Of a DNA stretch of 64,000 nucleotides, positions 54,944 through 64,000 are shown one piece after another. Each line of letters opens with the position of its first letter. The stretch's first letter is position 1. Below the pieces are notes generated by a model that was given only the letters and a program-made list of their open reading frames with translations, made no database searches and was not told the origin of the DNA. Both the position numbers and the translations under genes were made by a program. The stretch lies in assembly GCA_951406725.2 (NCBI GenBank), contig OX597814.1:222828001-222892000 (forward strand), read 5' to 3'. Source of the DNA: Octopus vulgaris (taxonomy: Eukaryota).

Positions 54944-55141
54944 ACCACGTGTGTATTGTTGGCGATTTTCTTTCTGTTTTCCCTTCCTTGGACCATTCCT
55001 TTTTCTATATTTCTGACGAAGAGCTCCGCTCGAAACGTTAAATCCTCCTTCTTTCTTTCCTTTTCTGAGTGTCCAATAACACTATATTTGTTCCACGTCC
55101 TCGCGTTGTTGTTTTCTCTTTGTTCATGTTTGGATTAACTA
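54944..55141 (+). mobile_element. Penelope-like repeat with intact minimal HHR, ending in (TATG)n
   Basis: Homologous fragment at 18821-18917; HHR at 55009-55043. Confidence 0.7.
55009..55043 (+). ncRNA. Minimal type I hammerhead ribozyme
   Basis: attt CTGACGA a gagc tcc gctc GAAAC GTT aaat: full core, perfect stems I and II, palindromic aacgtt stem III. Confidence 0.78.
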
Positions 55142-58100
55142 TGTATGTATGTATGTATGTATGTACGTACGAACGCACGGACGCATGTATGCATGTATGC
55201 ATGCATGTATGTATGCATGCATGCATGCATGCATGTATGTATCTATGTATGTACTGTTTCCACATATTTCATACTTGAAAATTGAATATGAAATCTGAAA
55301 GTCTGTAATGCAAAATTTCAATAATTAATAAAGATGGTGTTACTTCATTTTTTGTTTCTACGCTACTATACCAGTTTTTTCCTTTTTCCGTTTTTCCTTG
55401 AGAGGTGAATAAGAGGGTAAATTGTGAAATACATAAAGACTAACGGGGAAATGACGCACGAAGGTTAGTAAACTTATAGCGTTAGGAGACGAAGTGAAAG
55501 TGAAAATAAGAAGCAAGAAAAGATGGCTAACAAAAGAAAATCGAATCAAAACAGAAAGTAAAAGAAAATGTTCGTTAGAAAGGAAAGAAATGAAAAAGTT
55601 TGAATGCATAAATTGCTAACAGACAAGTTAAGAGGTCAAACGAAAGGAAGAAGACAAAATAGATGGATAAAAATAAACCAAGAAAATAACGGAAGAATAG
55701 AAATAAGAACGAGAAAAGGATTTGAGAAAAAAGATTTGAGAGATAGTGAGTTAGAGGGAAGGGAAGAGGGAAGGGAAGAAAGACGTGCAATAAAGGAACA
55801 GAAGAGGAAAGCAGAGGAAGAACTTCAAAGGGAGGGTCAATGGGATAGAAAGGCTGGAGTGAAATCGATGTTTACAAGTTCAAACTTTAATTGATCCTGC
55901 CGAACATCTGCAGCTCATACTCGAAAATGTCAAAGTTGAGATAATTGCCAAAATAACAGTGTAAAATTATTGATTTCGTATTCATGCTGAAATTTCATTG
56001 GTTTCAGTAATAATAAGACTTGCTACTGTTAAACTGTTCGATAAATTATGGCTGGCCGGCTGGTTCGCTGGTTGGTGAGTTGGCTGGTTGTTGCGTGGAT
56101 TCAGATGTCGTATTGTGAAAGTATTTAGGGTGTTCTAGATAATATGGGTGTGAATAGTTGAAAATAAGTTTTGCACATGTAAAAGGCAGGTGTAGCATCA
56201 AAGTCTTCTTTTTTTATTTTATTATATCGAGGTATGGATTGTGTGAATATTTCAGCTTTTTAGTATTTTGTGGTGTCATACGATATTTATTTGGCTCAAG
56301 TTTACGAATGCGTATAAGATCATACACGTTATGTACATACACCTGTCTTGTACATAGGTAACAATACACATACATAACTTCATATATGCAACAACGCAAA
56401 GAATGAAGAAAGTAAATCAGTAGGAAGAACTGCACATATATACATGACTATATATGTGGTATGTTGAATACTGTTGACAACAGATACATGTTTTTAATAT
56501 ACCCGTAATTGGAAATCGGAAACAAATATTTTGAAAGGCAGTTGTTAGCAAATTGCAAAGAGATTAAAAGATGACTTTAAGGGATCAAGAATAAATTTCT
56601 CGAGATAATTTGCAAGGTAAAGGGAAAACTGTCCTGTATTTGTTACAGGCAAGAGACAACACTGCACATACATGAATGTACGCCCGTTAGACCTCGTCAG
56701 AGTTGACCATTGCCACTTTTTGTGTGTTCGTGAGTTTAGGAATGTAGTGAAAGTGTATGAAAGTGTGTCACTATCTATTCAGAGTGGTTCTATGAGCGTA
56801 ATGGGAAAGAAGATAGAGAGAATGCGACAAAGGAGTTTCATTATATATATATATATATATATATGTAGAGAGAGAGAGGAACTTTGTCATACACGTGTTT
56901 CAGTGTAGCCAAAATATACCTGCCATTCGATGAATGTTTTGCTAGATGTGTGTGTGTGTGTGTGCCCTCGCTCGTGCGTTTCAAGAATATTGTACATCTG
57001 TGTAAGGAGTACATGTTTTAATCGTTGCTGCGATGTGCGATCCAATGCACAAGACAAATATAAGGACATACCTTAACATGTCTTCCATGGCCAGCAAAAT
57101 AAGGATCACATTGGCGTGACCATTGTCGATCGTATTTGTAATCACTTTAAAGACCTCACACACATGCCCCCTAAGTTTTCATAGAGAGAATTATGTATAG
57201 GCACTATAAAGGCAATAATGTGTCGCAGAGACGTTTGTCGAAACTTGAACTCCTTATTCTTTGGTGTGACTGTATATTTCTGCTTGAGCTTGTGTGTATA
57301 CACACATATATATATATATATATATACATATGTTTATCCATGTATATATATATACATATATTTACGAGTATACATACATGTATAAATGTATATATCCATA
57401 TATATATTTATATGCAGCTATATGTGTTATGGATAGAATTTCATAGATATATATGTATATACATATTCATATACATTTATGTGTGTGTATATATATGTAT
57501 GTGTATTATATATGTAAAGCTTTTCACTTCCTTTGCGCTTGCATCCATTGGTGAGTTTGATTGATATTCTGAGCAGTGTACATTATAATACTATGATGAA
57601 AAGTTCTATGACTCTATCAAGTGCGCTCGTCGATCTGCTTGTGTTCATTTTAGTCAAGGATTTATTACATCCTATACTCTTTGTGTATTTTAACGTTGCT
57701 CCTACGTCAATATTCGTCGAGATATTGGTGTTATAAACAGTGTCATTGTAGGTACTGCAACGTGTTATTATGAGCTAAGCTTGTATAAAAAAAAAGAAAA
57801 ACTATTCAAACCCAAATCTAGGCAAGCAGCACCAATTTTATTTTATGAGAGACTTCAGTAATAAAAATGTAGCCATAACAGCACAATGATACAACATATC
57901 TCAACACAATAGATTCAATATAATGGAATGCAATACTACAAAGTATTGTATATCTTTAGTAAAATGTGGAGTATAACAATGAAATATGCTGAAAGTAAAT
58001 AATTTTACTTGATCCTGGATTACAGGAAGGAGACACATTCCAAGTTTTTGGAAGAAACCAAGAGAGATAAACGTGCGCAAACAATGAGAAATGAAATGAG

Positions 58101-59896
58101 GATGTAGTAAAGACATACACAAAACGAGACAAAAGGATTGTTATTTTCATTAATTCCCCAAAAGAAAAAGAAAAATACGGTTATAAACATTCAGAATTTG
58201 TGACAATTATCCTTTTCAGTTGCTACAAAATTCGATATCGAAATCTATAAACCGTTCTCGCTTATGAGCGCAAGGAAAAACACATCAGTCAGTAACGATA
58301 TAGAATGTAACGTTACATTTGGAAGTAGGCCACGTTTGAAATCCTGTAACAGAAAAAAGTATTTGTGGGCGTACAGAAGTAAGCAGAGTATATAAAATCC
58401 CTCGTTAACAGTTATTACACATTCGCTGGAAAATATACCACCGGGTTCAGTTTCCGATGCGGGTGGTTTTTTGATAGTACCAGCAAATCGTTAAAGGTAA
58501 AGTATATCGTTAATTCACAACCTTCAGACATAGCCTAAATTAATTATTTACCATTGAACTTTGTATTTCGCGATTCGTAACAGAGGAAACTGACTATGTA
58601 TGTATGTATGTATGTATGTATGTATGTATGTATGTATGTATGTATGTATAAGCGCATGCATGTGCGAGCGCACACACACAAGAACAAACAATCATAAATA
58701 CACACATAAACGTAACAAACCGTTTTAAGCGGATACATAATAGGCACTGCTTGATATCCAGTCTGAATAGTCTGAGTTCAATGTATGTGGAGGGAAAATT
58801 GGACAAGAGAAGTAGTGAAAGTCCAGAATATCGCATTATGTTATTTTATACAGATGTTTTTTTTTACCAAAGTATACCTCTATACAAATACGAAATCAAT
58901 AAAGAAAAAAAAACCCCATCAGAATCCGCTATACGTGTATGCGTTGGAATCGACACCAGGTATTTCGTTAATGTATAACCTGAGGAGATTTAAAGATAAA
59001 CATAACATTGGGATGCACCTTCGTTGATAGATATTGATTCGAGAGGAATCCATCAGTACAAGCCGAAACATAGTGGCCGGCAGGAACTTCCAATCTTAAA
59101 AGATGGACTCATTTAATCAAGTAATTTCACTGGAAGGTTCTCAGGTCATAAGTTGAAAGTAATATAGCCAGCAATTAGAGATTAAATTATCTTCAAGAGC
59201 TGTGGCTATAAATGCTATTCACTTTACATTTGGTACTAATTCATTTTCCATGACCATTCGTGGTGAAACTTCAACGAATTGCATTAACCCAAGTGAAAAA
59301 ACAAAGCTACAACCGGATAATACAAATTAACTCAGATGAATGACTCTCACGTCTCTAAGTCTGAAAGGATTAAACGAAAGAAAATACTTTGAATTTGTAA
59401 TTAGGCAAGTCACTCTTCAAGTAAGTTGTTGAATATTTCTCAACTTAGCCGAACTAATTTCTCTAAACGACACCATATGTACACAAGCCATCAGGATATT
59501 ATGACCGGTCACTCGACCTGCTAGAAATAACAACTAGATATTGTTCAAATAACAACGTACAATATTATATACTGATATAATAAACATCGGACTATCTAAT
59601 AGTATACTCTAAGGTATATTATGTCTAAAACAACCATGGGTGCTCATCTCTAGAACATCTCTATTTATACATAATCTCAATTGGGAATTACACAGGGTTA
59701 AACGATAACATAGCGTCCAGACATATCTATCGGAGTTTGAAACATTAATGAGAAATACAACGATGCTAAATACTAATATTTTTAGTAATTTATCACCACT
59801 TTTATATTCTATCAACATTGTGTAATAATTTTTTAATAAGTAGGTTCCGATTGTATCATAAATCAATGATACTAGAAGTCAATATTTGTTAAGTAG

Positions 59897-60109
59897 AAGG
59901 CGCGAGCTGGCAGAAACGTTAGCACGCCGGTCGAAATGTTTAGCAGTATTTCGTCTGTCTTTACGTTCTGAGTTCAAATTCTGCCGAGGTCGATTTTGTT
60001 TTTCATCCTTTCGGAGTCGATAAATTAAGTAACTGTTGCATACTGGGGTCGGTCTAATCGACTGGCCCCCTGCCCAAAAGTTTCGGGTCTTGTTCCTAGA
60101 GTAGAAAAG
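59897..60109 (+). mobile_element. SINE family B, alternative-tail subfamily, with 16-bp TSD
   Basis: TSD aatattt(g/a)ttaagtag at 59881-96 / 60110-25; tail ccccc..aaaagtttcgggtcttgttcctagagtagaaaag. Confidence 0.88.
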
Positions 60110-60453
60110 AATATTTATTAAGTAGGTATTGATGACATATCCAAAAGTATATTAATGAAAACATTGTGGTAGTGAACGGAGAAACTACGATCAGCTGAGA
60201 ATATTAGTAAACAAAACCTCGTTTTAAGCCGATACTTAAAATCTAAAAGGAAAGCTCAGTTGATCAAAATATTTGGTCAATATGGACAGAGCAAACAGGA
60301 GTGAATCTAGACTTTAAAGCAAAACGATGAATACAATGGATATCTTTCGGTCTAATTAGACCTAATCTGTGAATTTGCACACTTGCTTGACTAGGCGAGG
60401 CGTAATCAACTTCTTTACTCGTTCCTTCTCTCTCTTTCGCTCTCCCTCTCCAT

Positions 60454-60500
<47 letters not shown>

Positions 60501-60507
60501 GATATAT

Positions 60508-60549
<42 letters not shown>

Positions 60550-60582
60550 ACCAAAAAATAAGCGACAAGAATGGATCAGTAG

Positions 60583-60668
60583 TTTAGTACACTTGTTTCA
60601 TACTATAAACATTTTATTAAAGCTGCAAAAATTACAGCAAATATAATGTCAAGTAATCTTCAGCTAAA
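60583..60668 (-). ncRNA. Type I hammerhead-like motif in a repeat (~60548-60885) flanked on both sides by (TA)n
   Basis: Minus: tttag CTGAAGA t tact...agta t GAAAC aagt GTA ctaaa; 5-bp stem I. Confidence 0.6.
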
Positions 60669-60878
60669 TTTCATATAGGTTTTCCAAACATCTTAGAGAG
60701 TGTAAATATACTTATAAGTTCCAGGAACTTAAAGTAAGATTCCAAGCAGACCATATATGTTTTCCAACAATACAAAGTTCTTAAATTAATTATTGATATC
60801 CTAGAGAAGGTAAATATACTCTTAAAGATGTGGATATAAATTTCAAGAAACACGAGGAAAGACGTCGATCAGACCACG

Positions 60879-60928
<50 letters not shown>

Positions 60929-61215
60929 TAATAATGGAATGTAGTGTGTTGTGATAATGAATATACATGAATATCAACAATATGACTGAGAAGGAACTAC
61001 CTCAGGTGATGTGAAATTTGTTACAAGAACAGTAAATTCTCGTAATTGTTTGAAGCGTTTTCGACTTACAAATTAATGACATCACTATATTCACATTATT
61101 CTACCGTTTCCTTAAGTTATTTTTTATCATATGCAATAATCACAAATATTAATGATGATATCAAAATATCACATGAGTATTATAACCCAAACAGAGAGAA
61201 AACATAGATGAAAGG

Positions 61216-61247
<32 letters not shown>

Positions 61248-61251
<4 letters not shown>

Positions 61252-61440
61252 TGGCAACAGTGTTAACATACCGGACATAATATTTCTTCAGTTTTACGTT
61301 CTAAGTTCAAAATCCTCCGAGGTCGACTTTACCTTCCATCCTTTCCCGGTTAATAATTTATGTACCAGTTGAACACTGGAGTTTATGCTATCGACGAGCC
61401 CACTCCCTCAATAATGTGATTATTGTAGGAAAGATTATTT
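61248..61440 (+). mobile_element. Degenerate SINE family B
   Basis: agctggc...aagttcaaaatcctccgaggtcgactttaccttccatcctttc. Confidence 0.65.
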
Positions 61441-61860
61441 GTATATAAACCTTCATGCGACCGGGGGAAAAACATTCAGTCTTCGTTAAATAATTCATTT
61501 ATATTTGTTGCTATTAAGACAACTTTCGTATAGGTGGCTGTTTTCAGAATTTTATATTCCTTACGTTCATCATGGCATTAACTTCACACATACTCTTCCA
61601 TTAAAGTTCGAACGGAAGCATATTTTTCGTTTTACTGAACTATGCAACAATATTTAAAAGAGAGAGGGAAAAAAGATAGTGATGAGAGTAGATAGTTCTT
61701 TTACTTATTAAGCGGGAGAAGTGTAGAGGACAAGTGTCAAAATGTAGGGGACAAGAAAGAGAAAAATTGAGCGTCATTTTGAAACGATTCCCACCGGGAA
61801 TCGAAACAGGGACGCACATTCTCTAAAACAAATACTTCCCCTGTTTCTTTCTCACAGAAA

Positions 61861-62075
61861 CTGGCACTCCGTTGGTTACGATGACAAGGGTTCCAGCTGA
61901 TCCGATCAATGGAACAGTCTGCTCGTGAAATTAGTATGCAAGTGGATGAGTAATCCACAGACATGCATACCCTTAATGTAGTTCTCAGGGAAGTTCAGCG
62001 TGACATCGAATGTGATAAGACTGGCCCTTTCAAATACAGGTACAACTTATTTTTGCCATCTGAGTGCACTGCTGC
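61861..62075 (-). mobile_element. tRNA-SINE fragment (head/body D + tail X)
   Basis: Minus cactcagatggcaaaaataagt (as in the 62126 element) joined to tgtacctgtatttgaaagggccag...aatttcacgagcagactgttcc (as in the 24180 element). Confidence 0.78.
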
Positions 62076-62125
62076 AAAATGAACTCAGAACTTCACGATG
62101 GTGAGCCGAATACTCTATTCTCACA

Positions 62126-62380
62126 TATTTTTTGCACCCTTTTAAAGGCTAGCAAGTCTTATGGGCCCGGTTTCCCGGTTTCAATGGCGTATGTGTTCCC
62201 CAGCTGGACAGGACGCCAGTCCATCGCAGCGTTACTCATTTTTGCCAGCTGAGTGAACTGGAGCAACGTGAAATGAAGTATTTTGCTCAAGAACACAACG
62301 AGTTTCCCGGCCCAGGAATCGAAGCCACAAACTTACGATCATGATGCTGACACCCTAACCACTAAGCCACGCGCCTCCAC
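62126..62380 (-). mobile_element. tRNA-SINE (head D + tail Y), full length with TSD
   Basis: Head gtggaggcgcgtggcttagtggttaggg, B box ttcgattcct; TSD tattctcaca 62116-25 / 62381-90. Confidence 0.88.
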
Positions 62381-64000
62381 TATTCTCACACAATACAAAT
62401 GCGTAACATGTTCGTATGCATGTAAATAATATGAGTGATTCTGGGCATGTGACGACCAAGAGGGAATTAAAACAAGTAATTGATTGAAAAAATCTAGGAT
62501 GTTTTAAATGTACAGATACATTTCTTTGTTTTATAATTTAGTATTTTCTTAAGTGCTTATTCCTATACTTCAGAGGATATCTCCGGAATATATAGCCCAT
62601 TTCTTATTTTTAAGAATTTGAAGGAAATTCTGTTGGAATTTTAAAGAAATTCGGATGTTTGGTAATTGGAAATGGGACGTTGTCACCGAGATACATTACT
62701 AAAAGTTATCATTGCATAGACGAAACTACCGAACTTGAGACAAAGAACAAAACCTATTCACTGAAGCTAACAGTTGTACCACTTGCAATAGAACACAATT
62801 ATTATATACAAAATTTAAAGTTTAGGCAACAACATTGTCCGTAACTACGTTTCGAGCGACTAAAATTTCTAAGAGAATTTAACAGTTCTCGTGTTTTTGA
62901 ATGGCTAACAGATGCCTTCCACACTGCAATCGTTTTAGTTTTTAACTCACTTTTCATTCAAAACATTTGCCAACGCAAGTAAATCTTCGATAAAAACAAA
63001 TGAAATTTTTGCGAAATTTCTTAAATTACTTATTTTCCAAGATATGTCTTGTTATTTTTAATGTTTTTATTTCTGTTATTCACAATATTTTTGAGACGAA
63101 AGAAAGAAAGAAAGAAGGAAATACTGATTCGAAACAATATTTGCAGTGTATGACTAAATGATTTGCTGTTCTTAAATACACTACTACGAAAAAAAAAAAC
63201 GTAATAAAAAAGGATATCTACGTCAGTGTTATGATTTATGCAAACTCAGCAAGTTGTAACATGTAACTCCTGTTAGAAGATTTTGAACGCAGGACTGTTC
63301 GTCAACTATATAACCTTATTGTTCTTTACTGCAGTAAAACATACCTATGTAAAGTAATTATATTCAGCAAGGCAGTGTAGGTCATTAATGAACAAGAAGT
63401 TTCTTGCGCATGGATGCAACGCAACGCTGGCCACAGATTATGAACTGCTGGCCTTTTCGCTGCTAGGCCGACACTCTGCGTTGGCATGTGTAGAAGCAAG
63501 CAGCTATATAGGCATTTTGTTTTTTTGTTTTTTGTACCACAGAACGTTTCCAATTTTGAATAGATTTATCATAAATGCCGAGTGAATAATAGTGATATGC
63601 TGTAAAAAAATAATTGATTTATCTTGGCTACAGGAGATACCAGTTTTTGTATGTATAGACAGCAGTAATAGTAGTAGTTTAATATTAGACATTGCTTCGT
63701 TGTTCATTCTAAATTCTCGGATTCTATGTGTGTATCCATACTAAAAACTGAACCTTCACACTACAACGTTTTGCTCTTTTTTTTTTCTTTTAACGACATG
63801 ATTTGCTTCGTACCGATGAAATTCTTGATACTTTGATATTATTTGGAGATCAGAGTCAGTAGAGCGCTGAATTAAATATCTTGGCTATGTCCTGTTATGG
63901 TTTTCAATTCAAATAAATACATTGCTTTACATTACTTAATTATGTTTCTCATTTGAAATCCTGCCATGATAGGCTTTGTTCCTTCAGAAGTCCATAACAT

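Noticed and set aside
56675-56705. Minus-strand ctgacgag motif
   Set aside because: No matching GAAA strand or helices
58220-58395. ~59-codon open frame after ttttcag
   Set aside because: No recognisable protein; expected by chance
58912-58985. Possible third S-G-C hammerhead on the minus strand (caggttat..cGAAAtacctg...ggatt ctgatgg)
   Set aside because: Core mutated and stem I partner missing; too degraded to call without a consensus
60335-60373. Minus-strand ggtc-taatta-gacc-GAAA-gatatc hairpin
   Set aside because: Core has two mismatches (cagatta) and there is no convincing stem I or cleavage triplet

Overview
AT-rich, microsatellite-saturated eukaryotic non-coding DNA. The SINE families, RTE/Penelope-type repeats and (TA)n/(CATA)n/(GATA)n load strongly suggest a coleoid cephalopod, most likely Octopus (inference from recalled repeat families, not a database hit). 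No protein-coding gene is confidently recognisable, and nearly all ORFs in the track are microsatellite or SINE artefacts. The window holds more than 25 tRNA-derived SINE copies from several modular families, decayed R4/Dong-like and RTE LINEs, Tc1/mariner and hAT remnants and MITEs, and two non-autonomous Helitrons. It also holds many short (TA)n-associated Penelope-like repeats carrying hammerhead ribozyme (HHR) motifs. The most notable signal is two sequence-unrelated repeat families whose HHR strands occur in the non-circularly permuted, pseudoknotted order substrate-GAAA-CUGAUGA (19378-19452 with an inverted twin at 18205-18278, and 37737-37808). Several minimal type I HHRs and large foldback structures accompany them. 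All folds were paired by eye and all boundaries are approximate.
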